A stretch of 61,534 bases of DNA, the filler included, from Actinomycetales bacterium (GTDB taxonomy: Bacteria; Actinomycetota; Actinomycetes; Actinomycetales; CAVURS01), in the NCBI GenBank assembly GCA_045807245.1. It is 5 parts of 5 records of this genome, joined end to end, with 100 filler letters (N's around TTAATTAATTAA, not from the genome) between each part and the next. Parts side by side here need not be neighbours in the genome. Positions count along the whole stretch, not along the records: positions 1 to 25,738 come from JBJMHS010000019.1; positions 25,839 to 40,231 come from JBJMHS010000021.1; 3 more parts are not named here. One strand, written 5' to 3'. The notes under the pieces are model-generated. The model worked only from the letters and a program-made list of their open reading frames with translations, had not been told where the DNA came from and searched no databases. Made by a program: the position numbers and the translations under genes. Numbering within the stretch: the stretch's first letter is position 1; the number at the start of each line of letters is the position of its first letter. Below are positions 17,634 to 27,490 of the stretch, in pieces.

Positions 17634-20375
17634 TCACCTCGGTGGTCTGGCCAGCAGGTCGAGCTCGCGGGCCCGGGTCACAGCTGCTCGCCGGCTGCTC
17701 GTACCGAGCTTGGCGTAGATGTTCTTCGTATGGGTGCGCAGCGTGTTCAGTGAGACAGACAGCGAGCGCGCGATGTCGGGGCCGGCCAGGTCCGTCGCGA
17801 GCAAGCGCAACACGTCGAGCTCGCGTGCGCTGAGCGGCTCGACCAGACCCGGCGGCGATGCGGGCGTGCGTTCCACCGGTTCGATCGAGGCGAGGATGCG
17901 CCGGGCGTAGCCCGATGTCGACGGCTCCTCGGACACGTCCTTGGGCAGCGCCTTGAGCAGCGCAGCCATCGGCTGTCCTTCGTCGGCGAACACGCGGACC
18001 GGCCGCTCCGGCGCGGCCAGCCGCAAGGCGCGGCCGAGTACGTCGAGGGCGGCCCTCTGGTCGCGCCGGGCCTGGTGCGCCAGTGCGAGCAGCACGAGTA
18101 CTTCCACAGCGCTGCCGTCCCGGCCGCCGTCCTCGGCCGCGGCCAGCAGCCGGGTGAGCAGCTCGACCGCCACGTCGAGAGCCGCGTCATCGTGCCGGAT
18201 GCCGTGCCGGGCCAGGAGGATCCGGGCCAGCGTGATGTGCTCGTACTCCCTGAGGTACGTCAACGGTTCATCTGCCGACACGGCCTGGTCGAGGGCCCAC
18301 GCCTCGGCCAGCTCGAGCTCTCGGCGGCGCAGCCGCAACCGGGCCCGCGTCGCCGCCACCGGCCGGATGTTCGGTGAGTAGTCCCCGACGTACACCCGAT
18401 CCGCCTCGTCGAGCAACGCGAGCGCATCGTCGAGGTCGCCCTCGGCCTCGCGCAGGCGCGCTTTCACGACCCGGGAACGGTACGGGTTCTGGGGCAGGCC
18501 GTTGTACTCCGGCAACGCACTGACGATCGCCAGGTGCTCGGCCGCCGCCGCAACGTCGCCGCGCTCGAGCAGGATTTCGGCGATCCCGACGTGCATGTCC
18601 GCGGTCCCACGCAGCGGCTCGCGGCCGGAGGTCGCGGCCGCCAGGTCGAGCGCCCACTCGAACGTGCGCAGCGCATCGCCCAACCGCCCGCGCGCGCGTT
18701 GGATGTCGCCGACCGCGATGCAGCAGCCGAGGACGTCGGCGATGAACCCGGCGCGTTCCAGCCCGGCGACGGACTCGAGGTACGCCGCGTGCGCGCCGCT
18801 CAGGTCACCGGCGGTCCAGGCCGCCAAACCCCCCAGTGCACCCGCGGCAGCGCGGACCAGGTCGTGGCCCGGCGGGGCCAGCGTAAGCGCCTCCTGCGCG
18901 TGCGCGACCGTGCCGCTCAGGTCGCCCCCCGCGAGCGCGAGTGCGGCGCGGTACATCTCGACCGTGGCCGGCAACGCTCCGAAGCCGTCGTCGTCGACAA
19001 CGATCAGGCCGGGGGGTGGCTGCCGTGGCCAGGCGCCGCCCTCCGGTCGAAGGGCCGCCTCGATGTCGGCCAGTCGCTCCGGGATGGTCGCGAAGTCCGA
19101 GCCCTGGGCCAGGGCGCCGACGAACGCGACTCCCAGCACGGGTCGGCTTCGCACGACGTCGTCCGGGAGGGCGCGGACCCAGCGACCGAGCTCGGCTTCG
19201 CGCCGCTCCCGTTGCATCACCGGCATGGCACGTTCCATCACGTCCGCAGCCCGGTCCACGTCACCGGCGGCCAGGTAGTGGTCGACGGCCAAAGACGTCT
19301 CTGCGTGGGCCTCGAACCACGCGGCCGCTCGCCGATGCAGCCCGGCCACGTCGTCGGACGCGTCTTCGAGCAAGTGGGCGCGTAGGACGTCGGCGAAGAG
19401 CTGGTGGTAGCGGTACCACTCGCGCCGGTCGTCGAGCGGGGTGAGGAAGAGGTTCGCTCGCTCCAGCGCGGCGAGCCGTGCCTTCCCTCCCGTGGACGCG
19501 GTCACCGCGTCACACAGGGAGCCGCTGAGCCTTTCGAGCATACTCGTCTGCAACAAGAACAGGCGGACGTCGTCGGGCAGGCGGGCGAGCACCTCCTCTG
19601 CCAGATAGTCCAAAACGTACCGATCGTCGCCAGCAAATTCGGCGATGAAACCCATTGTGTCACTGCGGTTCTGGAGGGACAGACCCGCCAGCTGCAGCGC
19701 CGCGATCCATCCCTCCGTGCGGTTCTCCAACGCAGTGACGTCGTCGTCCTCGAGGTCGAGGCCCATCGTCGTACGCAGGTACTGCTGGGTTTCCTCGCCC
19801 GTGAACCGCAGGTCGGCGGAACGGGCCTCGACCAGGCCGGCCCGAGCCCGAAGCTTCGGCAACGGAAGCGGCGGGTCGGCGCGCGTCGCCAGGACCAGCT
19901 GCAGACGAGAGGGTAGGTGCTCCACGACGAACGTCATGGCGTCGTGGATCTCGGACGCCTCGATGACGTGGTAGTCGTCCAGCACAAGGATGACGTCTCG
20001 CGACTGGAGGTCCAGCTCGTTGCACAGTTCGGTCAACGCGGCTTCGGTCGGTGCCACGCCGGACTGCAGCAACATCTGGGCGCCGGCTCCGACCTCGCCG
20101 GCCGCTGTCCGCAGGGCGGCGACGACATAGGCCCAGTACGTCGCGGGATCGTTGTCCCGGCTGTCGAGCGAGACCCAGGCGATGCCTCGGTCGGCGCCGT
20201 GCCGGTCCAGCCATTCGACGAGCAGCGTGGTCTTGCCGAAGCCCGCGGGCGCCGACACCAACGTGACCGTTCCCGGCCCGCCGCGCTCGAGCCGATCCAT
20301 CAGCCGCTCCCGCAGAACCACGCCGGTGCGGCGCCGCGGCACGCGGAGCTTGCTCTCCAGCAGCGGCGCTAGCAC
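17634..20375 (-). CDS. MalT-like STAND/LuxR transcriptional regulator
   Basis: LLESKL..P, SAPAGFGKTT, LVLDDYH, TEGWIAALQL, WYRYHQLF, C-terminal LuxR HTH. Confidence 0.93.
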   Translation of the reverse strand: MLAPLLESKLRVPRRRTGVVLRERLMDRLERGGPGTVTLVSAPAGFGKTTLLVEWLDRHGADRGIAWVSLDSRDNDPATYWAYVVAALRTAAGEVGAGAQMLLQSGVAPTEAALTELCNELDLQSRDVILVLDDYHVIEASEIHDAMTFVVEHLPSRLQLVLATRADPPLPLPKLRARAGLVEARSADLRFTGEETQQYLRTTMGLDLEDDDVTALENRTEGWIAALQLAGLSLQNRSDTMGFIAEFAGDDRYVLDYLAEEVLARLPDDVRLFLLQTSMLERLSGSLCDAVTASTGGKARLAALERANLFLTPLDDRREWYRYHQLFADVLRAHLLEDASDDVAGLHRRAAAWFEAHAETSLAVDHYLAAGDVDRAADVMERAMPVMQRERREAELGRWVRALPDDVVRSRPVLGVAFVGALAQGSDFATIPERLADIEAALRPEGGAWPRQPPPGLIVVDDDGFGALPATVEMYRAALALAGGDLSGTVAHAQEALTLAPPGHDLVRAAAGALGGLAAWTAGDLSGAHAAYLESVAGLERAGFIADVLGCCIAVGDIQRARGRLGDALRTFEWALDLAAATSGREPLRGTADMHVGIAEILLERGDVAAAAEHLAIVSALPEYNGLPQNPYRSRVVKARLREAEGDLDDALALLDEADRVYVGDYSPNIRPVAATRARLRLRRRELELAEAWALDQAVSADEPLTYLREYEHITLARILLARHGIRHDDAALDVAVELLTRLLAAAEDGGRDGSAVEVLVLLALAHQARRDQRAALDVLGRALRLAAPERPVRVFADEGQPMAALLKALPKDVSEEPSTSGYARRILASIEPVERTPASPPGLVEPLSARELDVLRLLATDLAGPDIARSLSVSLNTLRTHTKNIYAKLGTSSRRAAVTRARELDLLARPPR

Positions 20376-20468
20376 GGTGGGGCGGCGTCCATGGTGTCGA
20401 CCTTAGATGCACCGAGCGCGTCACCGGTGACGCTCAGCGTTCAGCTAGTACGACCGGTCGAGGGCCTC

Positions 20469-21332
20469 TTACTTGATGCCGGTGTTGGCAATCGAGCTGA
20501 CGAAGAACCGCTGTCCGAGCACGAACAGGACGAGCACCGGGAGCTGGCTGGTCAACGTGCCGGCCATGAGCTCGGGCCAGTTCGTGAAGTGCGCGCTCTG
20601 GAACGTGCTGAGCCCCAGCTGCACCGTCATGGTGTCCGGCGACGAGGTCACCACGAGCGGCCAGAGAAAGTCGTTCCAGACGCTCAGAAAAGTGAGCACG
20701 GCGACCGTTGACAAGGGTGGGCCCATGAGGGGTAGCAGGATCCGGAACAGGATGCGCAGCCGTCCGGCGCCGTCGATGAGCGCGGCCTCCTCGACCTCCA
20801 CCGGCAGGGAGACGAAGAACTGCCGCAGCAGGTAGATGCCGAACGGCGTGACCAGGTTCGGCACGATCAGCGCGGGCAGGGAGTTCACCAGGTGCAGGTG
20901 CTTGACGATCAGCAGGGTCGGGATCATCACGACCTGGAACGGCACCATGAGTGTGGCCAGGATGGCAAGGAAGACCAGCCGGCTGCCGCGGAACCGGAGC
21001 CGGGCGAAGGCGTACCCCGCCAGGCTGCACAGCAGGACGTTGCTGACGACGCAGGTCACCGAGACGATCGTGCTGTTGAGCATCCACCGGCCGAACGGTG
21101 AGTCCGTCCAGGCCAGCGCGAAGTTGTGCCAATGGATGCTGGACGGCAGTTCGGGCGGGAAATGCCTGGTCTCCTGCAGCGTCGAGACCGCCGTGACGAG
21201 CATCCAGATCAGCGGGGACGCCATGACCAGGCCGACCGGCACGAGCAGGAGGTGCCAGGCCGACGGGCGCCGGCTGCGCGCTCGCCGTACCGGCACCGCC
21301 GGCCTCAGCGTGGTCTCGGTGGGCGCGGTCAT
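20469..21332 (-). CDS. Carbohydrate ABC transporter permease
   Basis: EEAALIDGA loop; WNDFLWPL. Confidence 0.93.
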   Translation of the reverse strand: MTAPTETTLRPAVPVRRARSRRPSAWHLLLVPVGLVMASPLIWMLVTAVSTLQETRHFPPELPSSIHWHNFALAWTDSPFGRWMLNSTIVSVTCVVSNVLLCSLAGYAFARLRFRGSRLVFLAILATLMVPFQVVMIPTLLIVKHLHLVNSLPALIVPNLVTPFGIYLLRQFFVSLPVEVEEAALIDGAGRLRILFRILLPLMGPPLSTVAVLTFLSVWNDFLWPLVVTSSPDTMTVQLGLSTFQSAHFTNWPELMAGTLTSQLPVLVLFVLGQRFFVSSIANTGIK

Positions 21333-22288
21333 CGGGCGACGTCTCCTGCGGTCTCGTCCCTGGTGAGCCGCAGCTGCAGCACGGTGACGAGCGCGATGGC
21401 GACGAACAGAACGACGGCGATGGCACCCGCATAGCCGGCGTGGAAGAACTGGAACGCCTGCTGGTACAGGTAGTACACGACGACGGTGGTCGCGCCCACC
21501 GGGCCGCCGCGCGTCGTGACGTAGACCTCGTCGAAGAGCTGCAGCGAGTTGATGGTCAGCCACACCAGGAGGAAGCCGCTGACCGGTCGCAGGAGCGGGA
21601 CCTGGATCCGCCAGAAGGCCGCCCGCGGGCTGCAGCCGTCAGTGCGAGCTGCGTCCACCAGGTCCTGCGGGACGCCTTGCAGCGCAGCCAGATAGATGAG
21701 GGCGCCGAAGCCGACCCAACCCCACACCGTCATGATGACGACCGCGACCAATGCCTGGTCGGGTGAGGCGAAGAACTGCAGGGTCGGCAGTCCGACCTTG
21801 TCCAGGACCACGTTGACGAGTCCGTAGTCGGGGTCCATGAGCCAGCTGAAGATCACGCCGGTGGCGATGGTCGACGTCACCACCGGGATGAAGACCGCGA
21901 GCCGGTACGCCGTGATGCCGCGGATGCGCCGGTTCAGGGCCGCGGCGGCGAGCAGGGACAGAACGAGCGTGACGGGCACGAAGAGCACCGTGTAGAGCAA
22001 CGTGTGCCGGACCGAGCTCCAGAACAACGGGTCGTGCACGAGCTGGCGATAGTTCTTCAGCCCCACCCACTCCGCCGGGAGCTGGAGGTCGTTGCGCTGG
22101 AAGGAGAGGAGGAACGCCCACACCACCGGCAGCAGACCGAACACCCCGATGAGCACGACGCTGGGGCTGATCATGGCCCAGCCGGTGACCGCCTCGCGCC
22201 GGGCGCCGGGCCGCCGCCGGCGGGCCGGCGCGGCGGACGGTTCGTCGCCCGGCCGCGCCCGCGGCGGCAGGATCGTCGCGCGGCTCAC
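21329..22288 (-). CDS. Carbohydrate ABC transporter permease
   Basis: YLAALQGVP..LVDAARTDG; FD.VYVTT.GGP. Confidence 0.93.
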   Translation of the reverse strand: MSRATILPPRARPGDEPSAAPARRRRPGARREAVTGWAMISPSVVLIGVFGLLPVVWAFLLSFQRNDLQLPAEWVGLKNYRQLVHDPLFWSSVRHTLLYTVLFVPVTLVLSLLAAAALNRRIRGITAYRLAVFIPVVTSTIATGVIFSWLMDPDYGLVNVVLDKVGLPTLQFFASPDQALVAVVIMTVWGWVGFGALIYLAALQGVPQDLVDAARTDGCSPRAAFWRIQVPLLRPVSGFLLVWLTINSLQLFDEVYVTTRGGPVGATTVVVYYLYQQAFQFFHAGYAGAIAVVLFVAIALVTVLQLRLTRDETAGDVAR

Positions 22289-23643
22289 GAACCGGCGAGC
22301 GCCCCGGTGACGGCTTGGCCGGCCCGTTTGAGTGCGTCGGCCGGCTGGGCCTTGCCGAGCAGGACGGACTGGACCATCTGGCCGATCGCCGTGGAGACCT
22401 CGCCGTACGACGCGATGTTGGGCCGGACGTGCTTGACGTTGTTCAGGTTGTCCACGAAGGCCTGCTCCGAGGGGTACTTCTTGAGGAACGTCTGGTACTC
22501 CGGCAGCTTGGTCTCGGACTGCCGGACCGGCAGGTCACCCGTCGCCACGGCGAACTTGATGTGCACCGCGGGGGACAGCAGCCAGGTGATGAACTGTACC
22601 GCGGCAGCGCGCCGGTCCTTGGAGTGGTCGAAGACCATGTAGAGGTCGGGACCCGAGATCGTCTCGTGGTTGCCGTTGTAGCCGGGCAGGAGCGTCACCC
22701 CGAAGGAGACATCGGAGTTGATGCTCGAGATGTCCCAGGGCCCGGTCCACAGCATGGCGATCTTGCCGCTGTTGAACAGGTTCAGGTACTGGCCGTTGCC
22801 TGTGTCGAGGTACACCGACCGGTCGGTCACGGCCATGTCGTGCAGCTGTTGCAGAGCGGCGGCGCCGGCTGTCGAGTCGAAGGCCGGCTTGGTGTTGTCC
22901 GAACTGAGCAGGTCACCACCGGCCTGCCAGAGCATCGCCAGGAACCGCCAGACCGTGTCCTCGCTCCCGTCGTTGACGTACGCCCAGCCGTAGGTGTGGG
23001 TCGAAGGGTCGGTGAGCCGGCGGGCGGCGTCGCGGAAGTCCTGCCAGCTCCATTGGTCGGTCGGCAGCGGGACGCCGGCCTGCTGGAACAGCTTCTTGTT
23101 GTAGACGAGGGCCAGGTCGTCCACCAAGGCCGGTAGGCCGACGACCTTGCCGTCGACCGTGCCGGCCTGCTGCTCGGACGGGAAGAAGTCAGCGAAGTTG
23201 ACCGCCGGACTCTTGACCACGGAGGTGAGGTCGACGAGCTTGGGCTGCCGCGCGAGCTGTGCCGCCGACGAGCCGAACTGGTAGGCGACGTCGGGGTAGT
23301 TGCCGGCCGTGAAGCCGGCCACGGTCTTCTGCAGCGCGAAGTCGTTGCCGCCGTTGAACTGGAGATCGACCTTCATGGTCGGGTGCTCGGTGTTCCACTG
23401 GGTGACCTCGGCCTTGAGCTCGGTCGCCTCGACGTCGGTGTACCCGTGCGACAGCGTGATCGTGACCGGGCCGGCGGGCGTGGCCGATGCGTCTGCCGAG
23501 GGCCCTCCGCCACTGCTGCCGCTGCAGGCGGCGGCCGCAGTCAGTAGCAGCACGGACACCACCCCCGCGGCCACCGCGCGGTGTCCCTGAGCCCCCCGGT
23601 GCCGCACGCCTGTCGTGTCCTGCTGGCGGGCCGGGTGCGGCAT
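22285..23643 (-). CDS. Sugar ABC transporter substrate-binding lipoprotein
   Basis: Lipobox AAAC; YNKKLF; GKIAMLWTGPW; AAGGAG RBS before ATG 23643. Confidence 0.92.
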   Translation of the reverse strand: MPHPARQQDTTGVRHRGAQGHRAVAAGVVSVLLLTAAAACSGSSGGGPSADASATPAGPVTITLSHGYTDVEATELKAEVTQWNTEHPTMKVDLQFNGGNDFALQKTVAGFTAGNYPDVAYQFGSSAAQLARQPKLVDLTSVVKSPAVNFADFFPSEQQAGTVDGKVVGLPALVDDLALVYNKKLFQQAGVPLPTDQWSWQDFRDAARRLTDPSTHTYGWAYVNDGSEDTVWRFLAMLWQAGGDLLSSDNTKPAFDSTAGAAALQQLHDMAVTDRSVYLDTGNGQYLNLFNSGKIAMLWTGPWDISSINSDVSFGVTLLPGYNGNHETISGPDLYMVFDHSKDRRAAAVQFITWLLSPAVHIKFAVATGDLPVRQSETKLPEYQTFLKKYPSEQAFVDNLNNVKHVRPNIASYGEVSTAIGQMVQSVLLGKAQPADALKRAGQAVTGALAGS

Positions 23644-23782
23644 CGGAGTGCTCCTTCGGACGGCGACCGCTGATCGAGCAGAGTCAATCGTGATTTCTGC
23701 GCAATCTTGCACGGTCCTCGTAGGCGGGTCAACAGCAAGCCGTGCTCGAAACGAGCATCAGCGTGCGCGTATTGTGCCCACC

Positions 23783-24553
23783 GTGCGCCAGGAGGACCGG
23801 CTCGGGATCATCCTGCGGCAGCTGAACGAGCACGGCTCGGTCGGCGTCGCGGAGCTCACCGACCTGCTCGCCGTGTCCGAGGCCTCGGTCCGGCGCGACC
23901 TGCACCTCCTGGAGACCCAACAGCTGCTGACCCGCACCCACGGCGGCGCGGTCGCGTCGGGGGTGCTCTACGAGCTGCCGATGCGGTACCGCGGCGGTGA
24001 GCACCACGACGCCAAACGGGCCATCGCGCGGGCCGCGATCGCGCTCCTGCCGGCCGAGGTCTCGTCGGTCGGTCTCAACGGCGGTACGACGACGACGGAG
24101 GTGGCCCGGGCGCTGGCCGCGCGACCGGGTCTGCGGGTCGTCACCAACGCGCTCAACATCGCGTCCGAGCTGGCGGTCCGCTCGAACATCGAGCTGGTCG
24201 TGTGCGGTGGCAGCGTGCGGACCGAGTCCTACGAGCTGGTCGGGCCCCTCGCAGAGCTGACGCTGGGGAACATCAACATCGACGTGGCCATCATCGGTGT
24301 CGACGGCGTGCATCGCAGTGCCGGGTTCACGACCCATCACGAGGTCGAGGCGCACACCAACCGCGCCCTGGTCCGAGCGGCCGAACGGGTCATCGTGGTT
24401 GCCGACTCGAGCAAGATCGGACGCCGCGGCTTCGCCCGGATCGGTGACATCGCCACGGCGTCCGACATCGTCACCGATGGCGGCGCAGCCGCGAAGGATG
24501 TGGCCGAGCTGCGGCGCATGGGGCCGCACGTGCACGTCGTGGACGTCGAGTGA
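23783..24553 (+). CDS. DeoR/GlpR family regulator
   Basis: VSEASVRRDL, RTHGGA, GGTTT, VVTNALNIA, ADSSKIG; leaderless TATTGT-N7-GTG. Confidence 0.93.
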   Translation: MRQEDRLGIILRQLNEHGSVGVAELTDLLAVSEASVRRDLHLLETQQLLTRTHGGAVASGVLYELPMRYRGGEHHDAKRAIARAAIALLPAEVSSVGLNGGTTTTEVARALAARPGLRVVTNALNIASELAVRSNIELVVCGGSVRTESYELVGPLAELTLGNINIDVAIIGVDGVHRSAGFTTHHEVEAHTNRALVRAAERVIVVADSSKIGRRGFARIGDIATASDIVTDGGAAAKDVAELRRMGPHVHVVDVE

Positions 24554-24589
24554 CAGCGGCGCGTCCGGGCCGAGCCGGTGGTCCGAGAC

Positions 24590-25738
24590 TCAGCTCGCGA
24601 GCGGTGCGCGGAGGGGCTCGGGCAGCAGGCTGCCGTGCGCCGCCACCAGCTCGTCGGCCAGCCGCCAGATGTCGCCCACCCGCAGGGTGGCCGCTGTGTT
24701 CGGGTCCGCCAGCATCGCCTGCCGGACCAGCTGCGGACGCTCCTCCACTGCGGCGCGAACGGTGAGCTCGACGACCGAGAGGAACTGACGGTTCAAGGCT
24801 GCGCACTGCGGCGGCAGATCACCCGCCGGCACGGGACGAGCGCCGGAACGGTCCAGGAGACAGGGGACTTCGACGCCGGCGCTGTGGGCCAGGTTGGTGA
24901 TCAAGCCGTCGTTCGCGACGTTGACCTGGATGGTGCGCGGCGTACCGGTCACCAGACTGTGGACCACCTGCGGCGCGTACTCGGTGGCGTCCTCGTCCGG
25001 CTCGTCGTACTGACCTGCCGCCACCTTGGGGATGAGCTCCTCGGTCTCCCGCACGTTGTCCGCGCTGATCTGCAGGTAGTCGAGGACCGGGATGCGCAGG
25101 CGGTCGACCTCGCTGTCGTGATGCAGGTACCACGCGACGTACTCGCTCGAGTGTTCGCTGGTCTCGGTCGGGTAGTAGCCGAGGCGTTCGTACATGTCGA
25201 CGCGCACACGGCGGCGCAGCTCAGGGTCGGCGGCGATGCGTTCGTCCAGCAGCGGGTACAGGCTCTGTCCGGAGGTCTCCCAGCGCAGCAGCCAGGCCTG
25301 ATGGTTCACCCCGGCGCTGTGGAACGAGACGGCATCCATCGGTACGCCGACCAGGGCGCACAGGTCGTGGACCGTCCAGTAGACGGAATGACACAGACCG
25401 AGAACCTTCGTCTCGGGGTGGGTCGTCGCGAGGTACTGGACGTTCATCGCCATCGGGTTGGTGTAGTTCAGCAGCCAGGCGTCCGGGCAGACCGCACGCA
25501 TGTCCGTCGCCAGCGCGTCGAGGAAGCCGAAGGTCCTCAACCCGCGGAAGATCCCGCCGACGCCGAGGGTGTCACCGATGGTCTGACGCAGGCCGTAGCG
25601 CATCGGAAGCTCGAGGTCGGTGACGGTCGCCGGATGGCCGCCGATGTTGACCGTGTTGATGACGAAGTCGGCGCCGGCCAAGGCCCTGCGGCGGTCCGGC
25701 TCGGTCACGACCACGTCGGGGCGACCGTGCCGGGCCAC
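24590..25738 (-). CDS. melA: GH4 alpha-galactosidase/glucosidase (5' truncated by contig end)
   Basis: QTIGDTLGVGGIFRGLRT, LNYTNPM, GLCHSV, AGVNHQAW, TETSEHSSEY. Confidence 0.88.
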   Translation of the reverse strand: MARHGRPDVVVTEPDRRRALAGADFVINTVNIGGHPATVTDLELPMRYGLRQTIGDTLGVGGIFRGLRTFGFLDALATDMRAVCPDAWLLNYTNPMAMNVQYLATTHPETKVLGLCHSVYWTVHDLCALVGVPMDAVSFHSAGVNHQAWLLRWETSGQSLYPLLDERIAADPELRRRVRVDMYERLGYYPTETSEHSSEYVAWYLHHDSEVDRLRIPVLDYLQISADNVRETEELIPKVAAGQYDEPDEDATEYAPQVVHSLVTGTPRTIQVNVANDGLITNLAHSAGVEVPCLLDRSGARPVPAGDLPPQCAALNRQFLSVVELTVRAAVEERPQLVRQAMLADPNTAATLRVGDIWRLADELVAAHGSLLPEPLRAPLAS

Positions 25739-25838
25739 NNNNNNNNNNNNNNNNNNNNNNNNNNNNNNNNNNNNNNNNNNNNTTAATTAATTAANNNNNN
25801 NNNNNNNNNNNNNNNNNNNNNNNNNNNNNNNNNNNNNN
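25739..25838. other. Artificial contig linker
   Basis: N44-TTAATTAATTAA-N44 (stops in all six frames). Confidence 0.98.
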
Positions 25839-27457
25839 GGTGGTGGAACGACCTCTGGCTCAACGAGTCGTTCGCCGAGTGGGCCAGCACGGTGGCGCAG
25901 GCCGAGGCGACGCGGTGGCCGTGGGCCTGGACGACGTTCAGCACGGCCGAGAAGTCCTGGGCGTACCGGCAGGACCAGCTCGGTACGACGCACCCGATCG
26001 TCGCGACTATCCGGGACCTCGAGGACGTCGAGGTGAACTTCGACGGCATCACCTACGCCAAGGGCGCGTCGGTGCTCAAGCAGCTGGTCGCGTACGTCGG
26101 CCGCGAAGAGTTCGTCCAGGGCCTGCGCCGCTACTTCAAGGCGCACTCCTGGCGCAACACCGAGCTGGCCGACCTGCTGCGCGAGCTCGAGGTCACCAGT
26201 GGTCGGGACCTGACCGCCTGGAGCGCGGACTGGCTGCAGCAGGCGGGGGTCAACACTCTCCGCCCGCTGATCGAGGTCGACGACGACGGCGTCATCACCA
26301 GAGCCACCATCGAGCAGTCCGCGCCGGACAGCCACCCCGTGCTGCGCGAGCACCGGCTGGCCATCGGCTCGTACGACGTGCTGGAGGGCAAGCTGGTCCG
26401 GACCAGCCGGGTCGAGCTGGACGTCAAGGGGTCCCGGACCGAGGTGCTCGACCTGGTGGGGCGGCCGCGGCCGGACCTGCTCCTCGTCAACGACGACGAC
26501 CTCGCCTATGCCAAGATCCGGCTGGACGGGCACTCGCTCGCGACAGCCATCGACCGGCTGGACGCCTTCGACTCGTCGATGCCACGCGCACTGATCCTCG
26601 GTGCGTCATGGGACATGACCCGGGACGCCGAGATGGCGGCCCGCGACTTCGTCGAGATAGTGCTGGACAACGTTGCGGCAGAGACGGATTCGAGCGTCCA
26701 GCGGACACTGCTGGCCCAGATGAGTACGGCGTATCGCTTCTACTCCGACCCGGCTCGGCGCGCTGCGCTGGCCGCGACGGTGACGGCCCGGCTGCGCGAG
26801 CTCACCCTCGGGGCCGAGCCGGGCAGCGACGCGCAGCTGCAGCTGCTGACGGCGTACGCGGGGTCGGCCACGTCGCCGGCGGACACGGCCTATGTGCGCG
26901 ACCTTCTGGAGGCCGAGCAGGAGCTGCCCGGGCGGACCATCGACACCGACCTGCGCTGGGGCCTGCTCGCATCGCTGGTCGCCGCGGGTGCGGCGGCCCC
27001 GTCCGAGATCGAGGCGGAGCTGGAGCGGGACAACACCGCGGCCGGTCAACGGCACGCGGCGACGGCCCGGGCGGCGATCCCCACCCCCGAAGCCAAGCTG
27101 GCGGCGTGGGAGAGCGTGGTCGACAGCGACGACCTGCCGAACGCGTTGCAGGAGGCCGCGATCCTCGGTTTCGCCCGGGTCCACGACCCGGCCCTGCTCG
27201 AGCCGTTCGTCGAGCGTTACTTCGACGCCATCGTGCCGGCCTGGCAGTCGCGGACCAACGACTCGGCGCAGAAGATCGTCATCGGCCTGTTCCCCGTGCT
27301 GCTGTCGAGCCAGGCCCTGGCCGACCGCACGCAGGCCTGGCTGGACGGGCCAGGCTCGGCAGCCGACATCCCGCCGGCGCTGGTGCGGTTGGTCACCGAG
27401 AACAGGGACACGGTCGTGCGGGCGGTCCGGGCGCAGCAGCGCGACGCCCAGGCCTGA
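25839..27457 (+). CDS. pepN: Aminopeptidase N (5' truncated)
   Basis: WWNDLWLNESFAEW, FDGITYAKGASVLKQL; ERAP1-like C-terminus. Confidence 0.95.
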
Positions 27458-27490
27458 GCAGGTCCGTCGCCCAGCCGCGGCTCGCCGGAC

